Source: an archaeon GW2011_AR15
Lineage (GTDB): Archaea; Nanobdellota; Nanobdellia; Woesearchaeales; GW2011-AR15
Assembly: GCA_000830295.1 (NCBI GenBank)
Contig: CP010425.1
Coordinates: forward strand, 35,927 to 99,926
Reading direction: 5' to 3'
DNA length: 64,000 bases
Shown: positions 9,324-18,944 of the stretch, piece after piece
Numbering within the stretch: the stretch's first letter is position 1
How the letters are laid out: every line of letters starts with the position of its first letter
The notes under the pieces: model-generated
The model's database searches: none
The model's input: only the letters and a program-made list of their open reading frames with translations
Told to the model about the DNA's origin: nothing
Program-made: the position numbers and the translations under genes

Positions 9324-9806
9324 TCAGGGCTTGAGCCCTGTAAGCTCATAGATTACTGCCTGGGGCTCTGCATAAAAAAGATAATATGCCCAGAACTTAA
9401 AGCCGTCAAAATCTTCTGGCATCGCTCTGCTTGTCAGCTCATATCCCCAGTCTGTATGCCCGTCTGCTATATGGTAAATCTCATGCTTGAGGTCTGAAAC
9501 TGTTCCTGATACGGGGATTATAATTGTATACTCTTTTTCAGCTGATTTCCATGAGCATGATACTGTGGCATATCCATAGCATCCGTAAATATAGTCTGAA
9601 TTGAAGATGGCATTGATAAAAATATCTTCGCCTATCTCCAGACTGGCTCTTTCTTCACCTAATAGTTGCTCAAGCTGGCCCTGTGATTTGATTTCCGGGG
9701 AATTTAAGCTGGCAAGTTTGCTAAACCCCACAAGGGACCCTACATATAAAATACCTCCTGCTAATGTAACTCCTATTGCTCTCATTGCCGATTTAATTAA
9801 GCTCAT
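9324..9806 (-). CDS. hypothetical membrane-anchored protein with HExxH motif
   Basis: N-terminal TM helix; an HEIYH zinc-metallopeptidase-like motif lies inside LKHEIYHIADGH. Confidence 0.4.
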   Translation of the reverse strand: MSLIKSAMRAIGVTLAGGILYVGSLVGFSKLASLNSPEIKSQGQLEQLLGEERASLEIGEDIFINAIFNSDYIYGCYGYATVSCSWKSAEKEYTIIIPVSGTVSDLKHEIYHIADGHTDWGYELTSRAMPEDFDGFKFWAYYLFYAEPQAVIYELTGLKP

Positions 9807-9859
9807 CAGCCCTGAAAGAAAAAAGTTATTTATAAATTTAACAGAAGATTCTGATAGAC

Positions 9860-10822
9860 TTATTCATCCTGTATAAAAGTAACAATCTTGGTTATGTCCC
9901 CTATATGGGAGAGCATGTTAAAAATATCTATTGTCAGCCGGGTTGAGCTTGCGCTCTGGCTTTTCTTGTCATAATCCTCTATTTTTTTCATGAGCGCCTC
10001 GCGCTTTATAGATGCCTCAATCGCGTCCTTTGTGGAGTTTGAATAAAATGCATTCATGACTTCCACATAAAATGCGCTGATCTCGGTGAAAAGGCTGAGG
10101 AAATCCCCATGCTCTGATTTTTTGAGCCCTGATACTTCACTGGCAATGTATTTTATCCTGTCCCCGATTTTTTCAAGCATCATGTTGAGCTCCCAGTACT
10201 TCATTATATTCAGCCTTTCAAGGTTCAGGGATTCCTGGACATCCCTTCTCGCCTGGGCGGATTTGAGAATCTTTATAACTACATAGTGCAGCTTATTGAG
10301 TTCCCTGTCCCTGTCCCCGATTGCAAGCAGGAGTTCTTTGTCATCAACGGACTTTGTATCTGCAATCATAGACCTGACAATGTTATCCATCCGCCTCATG
10401 AGGACCTGGAGGTCAATGTCATGTATATTCAGGAAGCTTCTTGCGGTTATTTTTTTTGCTTCTTCCTCAACCACTTCAAGGGCTATGAACTCCGCTATCC
10501 TTTTCTTATAACTCTTTATTTTCTTCGGGAGCGTCTCTCCTTTCAGGACTATGTGCATGTAATCATTCAGGTAGGCGCAGGTAATCTCGCGGAAGATAAA
10601 ATCAAGTGGCTTGTTGTCCACATCAATAGTCTTTACCCTGTCGCTGATGCCCTTTTTCTTAATATCTGCCGTCAGCCTGAGATAATTATCAATTTCCTCA
10701 ATATATATCTCATCCCCGCCTTTCATAGAATTATCTTTTATCCAGCTTTTCGGCAGGGCGACTACCAGAGAAGAGAGCCCGCTTTTTACAAGTTTCCTGA
10801 TATACATGCTTTTGAAATACAT
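9860..10822 (-). CDS. phosphate uptake regulator PhoU-like with N-terminal AbrB/SpoVT-type domain
   Basis: A swapped-hairpin-like N-terminal domain (LVVALPKSWIKD) is followed by two PhoU-type helical repeats. The start is chosen at Met49 of the long ORF to avoid overlap. Confidence 0.6.
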   Translation of the reverse strand: MYFKSMYIRKLVKSGLSSLVVALPKSWIKDNSMKGGDEIYIEEIDNYLRLTADIKKKGISDRVKTIDVDNKPLDFIFREITCAYLNDYMHIVLKGETLPKKIKSYKKRIAEFIALEVVEEEAKKITARSFLNIHDIDLQVLMRRMDNIVRSMIADTKSVDDKELLLAIGDRDRELNKLHYVVIKILKSAQARRDVQESLNLERLNIMKYWELNMMLEKIGDRIKYIASEVSGLKKSEHGDFLSLFTEISAFYVEVMNAFYSNSTKDAIEASIKREALMKKIEDYDKKSQSASSTRLTIDIFNMLSHIGDITKIVTFIQDE

Positions 10823-10853
10823 ATTTGTATATATATAATTTTTGAATAACCTC

Positions 10854-11840
10854 CTAACTATAAAACCATTCTGGATGCACCCTGCCTTCGCCGGCATAAT
10901 CTTTTCTGAAGGACTCCAGCACATTGACTGCCCTTCCAAGCTTGTCTCCGTCAAGACAGAGCTCATCGCACAATAGCATTTTCCTGTAGCCTATATCATA
11001 TATCCATGAAAGCTCTGACAAGTCTGCAGCTGCAGGGACAGGATGATTGATTACAGAAAGGAGCATCCTTGAACCGATAACTGCTTCAGGGTCCTTTGCG
11101 ATAATCAGTTTCATGGCTTCCATCATATGATGCGGCTTGTCAATTTCCACATAAAGGTCTCCTCGGGCTGCGCAGAGATAGACGTTTTTCTGCTTCCTAT
11201 ACTCGTTCATTACATACTGGAGGCCTTTTTTGCTCTCAATCTTCAGCACAATTTCGGAATCCCCGACTATCTCCCTGAACTGGTCAACATCTTTCTGGGA
11301 TTCGACAAATGAAAGGTAATACCTGTCAAACCCCGCTGCTTTTGCCTTCTCTATTTTTTCTATCTCATAGTCAAGGAAAGTCGGACCTATCATATTATAG
11401 CTCGGATCTTTTATGTGCAGCGACTCTCCCCTATAGACCATGTACTGCGACCCGCCTTCAAAGACGAGCCTCTTCCCGCCTTCAATCCTGTTCAGCAGCG
11501 CATAATCCTCTCCTCCTTTAAAGAGGACCATCGTAGGCGTCCTGGCTTCAATAGGGTGGTTGAGTATAACTTCAAGATGGTCATTGTTCGGGACCACTTC
11601 CATCACCCTGAGCTGCCTTCCCTTTATATCAAAATAAAGAGGGACATGCCCGGCAAGCGCCTGGGCATCCTTCAGCTCTGTCCCTATCTCTGCTGCCTTG
11701 ATCATGGCTGTGTTCAGTCTTATCCCTGCAAGCCTCTCATCAGTTGCAAATTTCCGGAAATGGGGGAACGTGGGCCAGAGCGTCACAAGCAGCTCCAGGT
11801 CCCTCTCCTTCTTAAATAAGTGATTTAGATAATTCCTCAT
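10854..11840 (-). CDS. pyruvate-kinase-like TIM-barrel protein (no C-terminal regulatory domain)
   Basis: Pyruvate kinase (PK) barrel motifs are present: YFDIKGRQLR (compare LDTKGPEIR) and KIESKKGL...LCAARGDLYVEI (compare KIENQEG...MVARGDLGVEI). The protein is only 328 aa. Confidence 0.45.
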   Translation of the reverse strand: MRNYLNHLFKKERDLELLVTLWPTFPHFRKFATDERLAGIRLNTAMIKAAEIGTELKDAQALAGHVPLYFDIKGRQLRVMEVVPNNDHLEVILNHPIEARTPTMVLFKGGEDYALLNRIEGGKRLVFEGGSQYMVYRGESLHIKDPSYNMIGPTFLDYEIEKIEKAKAAGFDRYYLSFVESQKDVDQFREIVGDSEIVLKIESKKGLQYVMNEYRKQKNVYLCAARGDLYVEIDKPHHMMEAMKLIIAKDPEAVIGSRMLLSVINHPVPAAADLSELSWIYDIGYRKMLLCDELCLDGDKLGRAVNVLESFRKDYAGEGRVHPEWFYS

Positions 11841-12783
11841 TTCCGTCCCTCTGCATCACTGACTTTCCTGCATCCTTCCCCTTTATTTTGTCCGGAAGAA
11901 GATGGACATCGTGCAGCGACTTGTACACTGTCTTTACCTGGTTTGGCTTCTGCCTCCCTTCAAGCTCTCCCTTAAAGTAATCTACCCTGCCTGTTTCCTT
12001 TGCGAGGATGCCGAATATCACATCGACTACCCTGCCTGCTTCAGGAAGGTTGCAGATATGGTCTGCCCCAAGCAGCCCCTCCCACTGGGCATAAACTTTT
12101 TTGTCCTCGGAACTCATGGAATCTCCTGATGAGACATTATACGGCTTCCTGACAAGATATACAGAGTATTTGTTCTGGAGCTCGCTGAGCATCTGATTTG
12201 ATGAGAGCCTGCCCTCGATGTTCTGGCCGCAGATGTCTTTTGCCTGGTCTTTATCGACAAAATCGTAAAGCCCTTCATCCCCTATGAATATTAATATCGG
12301 GCTCACTGCATTTGGCATGCTGACATTCCTTGAATAATACATTGCCGCCAGGTCATAGCTTTCCATAATCTGCCCGCCCCCGCCGCCTTCAATCACAAGC
12401 TCTTTCAGCCTGTCCGCCAGCTCTGTGCCTTTTGTAAAAGGCCTTACCTGCAGAGGATAATTATCTGAGTATGCATCCCCTACTGCTGCAAAGCTTATCT
12501 CCATGTCCTTGCCGAGATATTCCTGGCCTTCGAGCTCAAGATACGGCAGTTTTGAAAATATTACTGCGGGCCACTCCCCCATCGAGCCTGTCACATCAGA
12601 TATTATCACCAGCGGGGTTGTGCTGCTGGTGCTTATGTTTTTCGGGAGCACGTCCTCCAAAGATTTGTTGCTCTTGAGGGCGCTGTCATAGCTCCTTCCG
12701 ACATGCACGTCGTATACTTTTCTTGCCTTGCCAAAATCATAACCCTTCCAAGGCCCCGGGTCAAAATCTCCTGCTTCGCTCAT
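11812..12783 (-). CDS. von Willebrand factor A (vWA) domain protein
   Basis: MIDAS-type motif in VIISDVTGSMGEW. Overall Rossmann-like vWA layout. Confidence 0.6.
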   Translation of the reverse strand: MSEAGDFDPGPWKGYDFGKARKVYDVHVGRSYDSALKSNKSLEDVLPKNISTSSTTPLVIISDVTGSMGEWPAVIFSKLPYLELEGQEYLGKDMEISFAAVGDAYSDNYPLQVRPFTKGTELADRLKELVIEGGGGGQIMESYDLAAMYYSRNVSMPNAVSPILIFIGDEGLYDFVDKDQAKDICGQNIEGRLSSNQMLSELQNKYSVYLVRKPYNVSSGDSMSSEDKKVYAQWEGLLGADHICNLPEAGRVVDVIFGILAKETGRVDYFKGELEGRQKPNQVKTVYKSLHDVHLLPDKIKGKDAGKSVMQRDGNEELSKSLI

Positions 12784-12795
12784 TTTTCCTACCTC

Positions 12796-13803
12796 CTAGA
12801 AGCCCGGTATGGGCTTCATGCCTGATCTCCTTCTTCCGAATTCTTTCTGCCTTATGTTTGAAATTGTTTCTGCCAGGTCCTCTTTTCTCCAGTTCGGCCT
12901 CTGGATGACGTCCCTGACAATAAGCTTCTTTATGAAATCGCAGAGTGAATCGGGAACATCAGCAGGGACTCTTCTCGTCAGCGGGTCGCCGCCAAGGGCA
13001 TACAGCATGGTCATCCCCAGGCTGTAAAAGTCTGACTCTGGGACAAGCGGCTTGCCTGATATCTGCTCAGGAGAGGCAAACATTGGTGTATATCCCTTGC
13101 TGGATGAATTCTCAGAAGGCCTTATCAGAGAAAGGCCGTAATCAACAAGCACAACCATGTGGGAGTCAGGCTGGACAATGAAGTTCTGGGGCTTCACATC
13201 GCCGTGCACAACACCGTTGTAATGAAGGTATTTCAGGGCATTAAGCGACCTTTCAGTTATCCATGCGACATTTTCAGGGTCCAGCTTCTTGTTTTTTTCT
13301 ATTATCCTGCCAAGAGTAGGGCCCGGGACATAGCTCATCACAAGCACAGGCGAGCCGTCCTCCAGTTTGAAAAAGTCCCTCATAGTAGGGATGCTGTAGT
13401 GCCTCAGGTCCCAGATGGATGCTGCCTCTTCCATCAGTATCCTCTCATCCTGCGGGGAAACATAATGGCCGTGCTTGAGGCATACGGGAGCGCCAAGCAT
13501 CACATGCTCCCCGTAATATGTTTTTCCAAATCCTCCGTCTGCAATTTCCTTTATCACCCTGTAATCTTTTATTATCTTGCCCTCTAGAGAAGACCTGTCC
13601 CTGTCATAATCTGCCCTGCTGGCAGGATTAAGCAGCGTGCCGCTTGCCTCATTGAGAAGCTGGGCAATATCGCCTTTCCCTTCATTTACATCAGGGTGGT
13701 AGAGCTTCATCAGGACTTTGTATGCTGCAGAAATAACCTCGGGCCTGGCTCTTGGGCTGACTTCCAGAACATCATAGTAGTTGACTTTTGTACCTGGTTT
13801 CAT
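12796..13803 (-). CDS. J-domain (DnaJ-like) fused to Hanks-type Ser/Thr protein kinase
   Basis: N-terminal J-domain signature YYDVLEVS...LYHPDVN. Kinase motifs GGFGKTY (the Gly-rich loop), a Lys in the VCLK context, HGDVKPQNF (the catalytic loop), and DYGLS plus SPE. The 13822-13824 codon is TTG, so the ATG at 13801-13803 is taken as start. Confidence 0.7.
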   Translation of the reverse strand: MKPGTKVNYYDVLEVSPRARPEVISAAYKVLMKLYHPDVNEGKGDIAQLLNEASGTLLNPASRADYDRDRSSLEGKIIKDYRVIKEIADGGFGKTYYGEHVMLGAPVCLKHGHYVSPQDERILMEEAASIWDLRHYSIPTMRDFFKLEDGSPVLVMSYVPGPTLGRIIEKNKKLDPENVAWITERSLNALKYLHYNGVVHGDVKPQNFIVQPDSHMVVLVDYGLSLIRPSENSSSKGYTPMFASPEQISGKPLVPESDFYSLGMTMLYALGGDPLTRRVPADVPDSLCDFIKKLIVRDVIQRPNWRKEDLAETISNIRQKEFGRRRSGMKPIPGF

Positions 13804-13912
13804 AGCATAATAGATGGAAAGCAAAAAATATATATTTAACGTACTTATTTAAAGTTTAATATGTTTTGTATATACTTAAGGTTTATTAAAAGAAAGCAAA
13901 ATCCCGGATATC

Positions 13913-14356
13913 CTACATCTTTTCCTTTGCAAAGAAATATCTTGCCCTTTGCAGGCTTTCTCCTTTAATCTGGGAAATGTAAAATCCCTGCTCCAGGAAG
14001 CAAAGCATAGGATGATAGTCAAGAAAAAAATCACTTACCTTCATCTTATCGCCAGAGTCCTTCCACATAACCCTTGCTACCGGCTTCTGGAGCCCGTCCC
14101 CATATTCAGCTCTTTGCGCAGTCGGCGAAAGCATGTATGCTATTGTATAAACTCCCGGGTTGGAGTCCTGCTCTTCCCAGAGAGTCTCCTCCTGCCCTGA
14201 TCCTGTCCCATAATAAAGATGAAACACCGGATTTTCTGAAAAATATTTCTGCAGCTCCACAAGAATCCCATGTTCCGGGACTTCCCATTCCCTGAGTGCA
14301 GGGATCGAAAGCATAATTTCTTCCAGTTTCTTGTCCATTGCTTTTTTTTCTGGCAT
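13913..14356 (-). CDS. hypothetical protein
   Basis: 147-aa ORF with no recognisable motifs. Confidence 0.35.
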   Translation of the reverse strand: MPEKKAMDKKLEEIMLSIPALREWEVPEHGILVELQKYFSENPVFHLYYGTGSGQEETLWEEQDSNPGVYTIAYMLSPTAQRAEYGDGLQKPVARVMWKDSGDKMKVSDFFLDYHPMLCFLEQGFYISQIKGESLQRARYFFAKEKM

Positions 14357-14440
14357 TAATACTAGTAGGCATAATTTATATTTAAATGCTTCCCAGACCG
14401 AACATTTTTTATATCATGACGGCTATAAGAGTATAAAAAG

Positions 14441-15706
14441 ATGGTGAGCCTTGGTTTTGAAAGCCAGATAGTTGTTGTTATCGGCCTCTGTCTGGTGTCC
14501 TCGTATCTTCTCAACCTTGTGTTAAATAAAAAATTTAAGCTTCCGCTGATGATTGCCCCGCTTATAGTCGGCCTGCTGCTGAATTATAATTTCTTTGACT
14601 ACCGCTACCTTGTCCCTGATTTCAGGACAGTAATTTCTGTGTTCGCCAACATGGGTGTTGCTGTTGTGCTTTTCTTCATCGGCCTGAAAGTCGATCTGAG
14701 ATATATGAAGGACCTGTCAAGGAGCGCCTCAGTAATAGCCCTCAGTTCCGGGCTTATCCCTTTTTTGCTTGGCTCTGCTGCAACTTTCCTGTACACCGGC
14801 AACCTCTTTGAATCCCTGTTCGTGGGAGTTGCGCTTGCAATCACGGCAGAGGAAGTATCCGTCGGAATACTTGATGAGCTGAAAATGCTCAAGAAAAGAA
14901 TCGGGCAGCTCATACTGGACGCAGGCATAATAGGCGATATTTTCGAGATAAGCATAATCGCGCTCCTGGGGATCCTGATCAGGTATAATTCCATGCAGGG
15001 CTCTGCCCTTTTCACTATGCTGCTGGAGATAGGTGTATTTCTGGCAGTCATACTCCTGATGAGGTATTTTGTGATTGACATGCTGCTCAGGATTGCAGAA
15101 AAGACAAAAAGGGGCTTTGATTATTTCGGCGTTGCCCTTATTACACTGCTGGTAATGACTGTGGCTTCGGAGCTGCTTAACTTCAGCATGGTCCTCGGCG
15201 CTTTATTGGCCGGGATTTTGCTGAAAGACAAGCTCGTAAAAGACAAGCTCTATTACGAGGAATACCAGATAACAGAAGCCCTCGAGGTTTTCAATTTCGG
15301 GATATTCCATCCGATTATATTCATCTGGATCGGGCTGAGCATTGATTTCAGCATAATTTACAATAACATCGGGTTCGGGCTGCTATTGACTTTCCTTGCT
15401 CTTGGCGGGAAACTGCTTGGAAGTGTATTCGGGAATTATCTTGTCAACGAGCCTGCGAGCGAGGGGATGCTGATAGGCTGGGGCCTGAATGCAAGGGGAG
15501 CGACAGGGCTGTTCGCCCTGCTTATAGCAAAGAATGTCGGGCTTGTCTCCCTCGGAGTTTTCTCAGCAATAGTTTTCATGGCCCTGGTAACAACAATCAT
15601 CTCCCCTGTTGTCTTCAAGATGCTTGCAATGAAGGGCTACGGGATTGTCAATCATGCTAATCATTACAAAGCGCACAGGCACAGGAAGAAGGTTGGGATT
15701 GTATAA
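14441..15706 (+). CDS. monovalent cation:proton antiporter (CPA2/KefB-like)
   Basis: A polytopic membrane protein of about 12 TM helices with the Na+/H+ exchanger family layout. The protein is 421 aa. Confidence 0.6.
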   Translation: MVSLGFESQIVVVIGLCLVSSYLLNLVLNKKFKLPLMIAPLIVGLLLNYNFFDYRYLVPDFRTVISVFANMGVAVVLFFIGLKVDLRYMKDLSRSASVIALSSGLIPFLLGSAATFLYTGNLFESLFVGVALAITAEEVSVGILDELKMLKKRIGQLILDAGIIGDIFEISIIALLGILIRYNSMQGSALFTMLLEIGVFLAVILLMRYFVIDMLLRIAEKTKRGFDYFGVALITLLVMTVASELLNFSMVLGALLAGILLKDKLVKDKLYYEEYQITEALEVFNFGIFHPIIFIWIGLSIDFSIIYNNIGFGLLLTFLALGGKLLGSVFGNYLVNEPASEGMLIGWGLNARGATGLFALLIAKNVGLVSLGVFSAIVFMALVTTIISPVVFKMLAMKGYGIVNHANHYKAHRHRKKVGIV

Positions 15707-15720
15707 AAAAAACAGAATGC

Positions 15721-16317
15721 TTATCTGGAACTATCCGCCTGTCTCTCCATCTCCAGTTTCTTGGAAATGGCTTTTGAGGTCGGGCTCATGCTGTATGCAC
15801 TTATAATCTCCTCAACCAAGTTGTCAACTGCATCTTTCTTGTTGTTGAATGATGCCTGGTAGACGCCCTGTACCATGTACTTCATAGCCTGGTCAACCCT
15901 TCTCTGCGGGGCGACTTCAACTGCCTTAGGATACCTTGCTCCCCCGTACTCGATTGTGATAATCTCCTCCCTCGGAGCTGCATTCTCAATTGCCTTTGCA
16001 AAAACCTCAATCGGGTTCTTGTTAAGCTTTTTTTCGATTCTCTTAAATGTCTCTTCCACAAGGTCATATGCAGAAAGCGCTTTTCCTGTGTTCCTTCCTG
16101 AAGAGATGACGTGCTTCTTGGCCTTGTGGCCTGCAACCATAAGCCTGTTCATAAGCCTTTCAACAATGAATGTCTTTGACTTGTGGAACCTGTTGCCTGC
16201 ATATCTTGCGCCTGTCCTTGGGACTATCCTTGGCTTCAGCGAGATGTAATTCTTAAGGCCGGGATCACTTATCTCAATGCCTTCCACACCCCACCTGTTA
16301 AATGCCTTAATGCTCAT
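15721..16317 (-). CDS. rps7: 30S ribosomal protein S7
   Basis: Archaeal/eukaryal-type S7 (S5e) sequence of about 198 aa. Confidence 0.85.
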   Translation of the reverse strand: MSIKAFNRWGVEGIEISDPGLKNYISLKPRIVPRTGARYAGNRFHKSKTFIVERLMNRLMVAGHKAKKHVISSGRNTGKALSAYDLVEETFKRIEKKLNKNPIEVFAKAIENAAPREEIITIEYGGARYPKAVEVAPQRRVDQAMKYMVQGVYQASFNNKKDAVDNLVEEIISAYSMSPTSKAISKKLEMERQADSSR

Positions 16318-16751
16318 TTTCTAGCCTTCTCCAGTTTTCCGTGAAGCAGTGCATGGAGCGACTGGTCGTTCACCTTGATGACCTGCCACCTGACGCCGGG
16401 AATATCTCCTTTTGACCTTCCCTTTGCTCCTCCGATGCATTCAATCATTACTTCATCGTGCTCGTCTACAAATTTGGTTGCCCCGTCTCCCGGAAGGAAT
16501 GCAGTGACCTGCTTCCCGTTCTTGATAAGCTGCACTTTTACGCACTTGATAAGCCCTGAGTGAGGCTGCTTCCTCTCAATCTGCGTCTTCTCTATGACGA
16601 TGCCGTTTGCCTGTGAGACTCCTCCCAGAGGGTCGGATTTCTTTCTCAGGCCAAGAAGCTTCCTCTTATACCTGATATCCTGCCACCTGGAGTTGATTCT
16701 CCTGCTTACCAGCTTGTTTGCTGCGTTTATCCCTGACGGTTTTTTTCCCAT
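16314..16751 (-). CDS. rps12: 30S ribosomal protein S12
   Basis: S12/S23e signature PKKPNSA-like region ([11 protein letters not shown]) and [16 protein letters not shown]. Confidence 0.9.
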   Translation of the reverse strand: MGKKPSGINAANKLVSRRINSRWQDIRYKRKLLGLRKKSDPLGGVSQANGIVIEKTQIERKQPHSGLIKCVKVQLIKNGKQVTAFLPGDGATKFVDEHDEVMIECIGGAKGRSKGDIPGVRWQVIKVNDQSLHALLHGKLEKARK

Positions 16752-16752
16752 A

Positions 16753-17172
16753 TCAAATTACCTTCAAATCCTGAACATCTTTAAAATACTTTCGCATGAT
16801 GTCGAGGTTGTTTTTTATGTTCGACTGGTTCCTTCCTATGAGGAAGGCCTTTGTCCTGGTGTCATCAGCCTTCATGGTGATGACCCCTTCTTTAAATTCC
16901 ACCTCTGCCCTAAGCGGGTGGATAAGGTTTTTTGCAAACTCTGCCTCTGATTCCGTAAAGCCTATGATCCTGACCTTCTTTTTTAGCATGGACTCCATCT
17001 TCCTGACGTTTGCCGCATGCTTGCCTATTGCCTTGCCCAGCATCTCCTGGGGGACAACAAAGTTCATCAGGTTATTGCTGTCTATGAAATAATCCTTTAC
17101 CCTTGTCCTTGTTATTTTTTCAAACAGGGTCATCACCTTTAAACTGTCTGCGTTATATGTGATACGGGACAT
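16753..17172 (-). CDS. nusA: archaeal NusA-like transcription termination protein (two KH domains)
   Basis: 139 aa with [13 protein letters not shown] and [11 protein letters not shown]-type GxxG loops. Sits in the conserved L30e-NusA-S12-S7 order. Confidence 0.8.
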   Translation of the reverse strand: MSRITYNADSLKVMTLFEKITRTRVKDYFIDSNNLMNFVVPQEMLGKAIGKHAANVRKMESMLKKKVRIIGFTESEAEFAKNLIHPLRAEVEFKEGVITMKADDTRTKAFLIGRNQSNIKNNLDIMRKYFKDVQDLKVI

Positions 17173-17173
17173 G

Positions 17174-17443
17174 TTAGCTCAGTAACCCGATTACTGAAAT
17201 TGAATAGGGCCTCTTGCATTGGACGCCCAGCTCGTCGTTGGGAACTTCCAGCATCACTGCCTGCACACCTGCAAGCCTGGCATAATGCTCGATATCCCTG
17301 ACTACTTCTGCTGGCGCATTTGATGATATGAAAACCCTGCTCAGCTTCCTGAGCTTCAGATTCTTTATGGTGCTGTCAGTACCTATTACAAGCTTCTTTG
17401 TCTTCAGGTACTTTTTTATTTCTTCCAACCCTGTTTCTGTCAT
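17174..17443 (-). CDS. rpl30e: 50S ribosomal protein L30e
   Basis: L30e/L7Ae-fold sequence (KLVIGTDSTIKNLK..., 89 aa) at the head of the NusA-S12-S7 cluster. Confidence 0.8.
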   Translation of the reverse strand: MTETGLEEIKKYLKTKKLVIGTDSTIKNLKLRKLSRVFISSNAPAEVVRDIEHYARLAGVQAVMLEVPNDELGVQCKRPYSISVIGLLS

Positions 17444-17467
17444 CTTTCCTCATGAAAATTCCGACTG

Positions 17468-17481
17468 TTTATAAAGATTTT
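17468..17481 (-). promoter_or_regulatory. TATA box (TTTATAAA) plus purine-rich BRE-like stretch upstream of the L30e-NusA-S12-S7 operon, consistent with a leaderless transcript
   Basis: TTTATAAA at 17468-17475 is centred about 28 nt upstream of the L30e ATG (17441-17443). AAAATC lies immediately upstream in gene orientation. Confidence 0.4.
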
Positions 17482-17504
17482 GCTCTCGGACAGACAAGGA
17501 GAAA

Positions 17505-18020
17505 TCATTCAACATTCTGTATCTGGTCGTCGTTGTCTCTCCTGATAACCTTGACAGCATCCATCTTGACTGTAATAGGAATAGGGACTGCTGCCTGAAG
17601 CAGCTCGACAACAACTTCTTCCTTAAGCTTGTCAACCCTTATGATCTTGGCCTTCTCCCTCTTGAACGGCCCGCTTATTATCTCGGCAATGTCATTCTTC
17701 TGTATATTAACTTCCTTCTTGACCTGCTCAAGCATATGCTCTATCTCCTTGTACTGGACCTGCTTCGGAAGTATCCCCCTTGCATAAGGTATATTGAATG
17801 CTGCCTGCTCTGCATCTGACTTTGTGGCAGCTTCCAGGAAAATGTAGCCTCTCATGCCGTGCGGCCTTACGACTGCATATACTTCAAGCCCTTTTTTCTG
17901 GGCATTGCTTGTCACGAAATCCATGACCTGGTCTTCCCTGTTGGCAGTTGTCCTTAGTGCAAATATGTTCGGCTCGCTGCTCTGCGGCGCTGCTGCATTT
18001 TCTGTTGTTTCTTCCGGCAT
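17505..18020 (-). CDS. spt5: transcription elongation factor Spt5 (NusG homologue)
   Basis: An NGN domain (IFALRTTANREDQV) is followed by a KOW motif. The protein is 171 aa. Confidence 0.8.
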   Translation of the reverse strand: MPEETTENAAAPQSSEPNIFALRTTANREDQVMDFVTSNAQKKGLEVYAVVRPHGMRGYIFLEAATKSDAEQAAFNIPYARGILPKQVQYKEIEHMLEQVKKEVNIQKNDIAEIISGPFKREKAKIIRVDKLKEEVVVELLQAAVPIPITVKMDAVKVIRRDNDDQIQNVE

Positions 18021-18021
18021 T

Positions 18022-18192
18022 TTATATAAGCATCTCCTTTGCTATGAAAAGCAAAAAACCTACTGCACCTATCAGCAGTACACCCATCCCTGAAATCTTG
18101 AATATGTTCTTGAATTCAGTCCCGTCCGGCTTCTTTGTAACAGCCAGGACCCTTTTGCATTCTATGATAAATGTCTTTAGGTTGCTAATCAT
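18022..18192 (-). CDS. secE: protein translocase subunit SecE / Sec61-gamma
   Basis: Not in the supplied ORF track (56 aa). It translates as MISNLKTFIIECKRVLAVTKKPDGTEFKNIFKISGMGVLLIGAVGFLLFIAKEMLI, typical of archaeal Sec61-gamma. Sits in the conserved position directly upstream of spt5. Confidence 0.75.
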   Translation of the reverse strand: MISNLKTFIIECKRVLAVTKKPDGTEFKNIFKISGMGVLLIGAVGFLLFIAKEMLI

Positions 18193-18230
18193 TTGCTTAA
18201 AAGCAAAAACCCCTAGTATTTAAAGATTGC

Positions 18231-18794
18231 CTAAATGACCGGAGCAAGCAGATCATAGAGTGCGCTGAGCAGGGGAAGATAGATCACGAGGTTGAAGAAC
18301 ATCTGGGAAGTCTGGTGGGTAAAGCTCTCGAAAGGCGATATCCCGACCATCGTGAACCAGGGGAAGGCGATTACTGTCCTTATTATTATGGCAGCAAAGT
18401 AAGCGGTCGCAAAGGGCATGCCGAAGGCGCTGTGCATTGTCCCTGTAAGGAAGCCTGCCACTCCTGCAAGTATTATGGTGGAGACATAGGTTATTGAGAC
18501 AAAGCTGTTCATCACATAAGAGAACCCGCCTACTGCAAGGCCGTAGAATAACCCCACTATAGGGCCGAATATGTATCCTATAAAGCATGACATTGCCGTG
18601 TTGCTCTCAATCGAGATATGCGGCACCATCTTTGCATACCTTACAGTTATGAAAGTTATGGGGGCAAAGACGATGACAAGGAGTATTCCTGTGACATATC
18701 TTGACCAGATAAGCGCCACAAGAAGGATGACAAGGGCAATAAGAACGTTTCTGAGATTTAGGTATTTCCTAAAATCAATCTTCTTTTTGCTCAT
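18231..18794 (-). CDS. small polytopic membrane protein, paralogue 1 of a four-member local family
   Basis: Basic N-terminal tail, about 5 TM helices, shared motif VPHISIES...GYIFGPIVGLFYGLAVGG. Confidence 0.6.
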   Translation of the reverse strand: MSKKKIDFRKYLNLRNVLIALVILLVALIWSRYVTGILLVIVFAPITFITVRYAKMVPHISIESNTAMSCFIGYIFGPIVGLFYGLAVGGFSYVMNSFVSITYVSTIILAGVAGFLTGTMHSAFGMPFATAYFAAIIIRTVIAFPWFTMVGISPFESFTHQTSQMFFNLVIYLPLLSALYDLLAPVI

Positions 18795-18944
18795 TAAAAA
18801 ACAGAGTAAAATGCCTTCCTTTTTAAATATTCTGATAAGGGAGTTTATTCCCTCAGAAACTTTTAAATAGTGTAAACATCTTTCCGATTTTATGAAGGGT
18901 TGCTTTTATTGTAAATTCTCTGCTTCTGGGGGCGGCTGTGCTGG

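Noticed and set aside
18795-18944. Imperfect inverted repeat GGGAG-TTTA-TTCCC in the divergent promoter region of the membrane-protein paralogues
   Set aside because: Only 4 of 5 positions pair, with no second occurrence. Too weak to call an operator.
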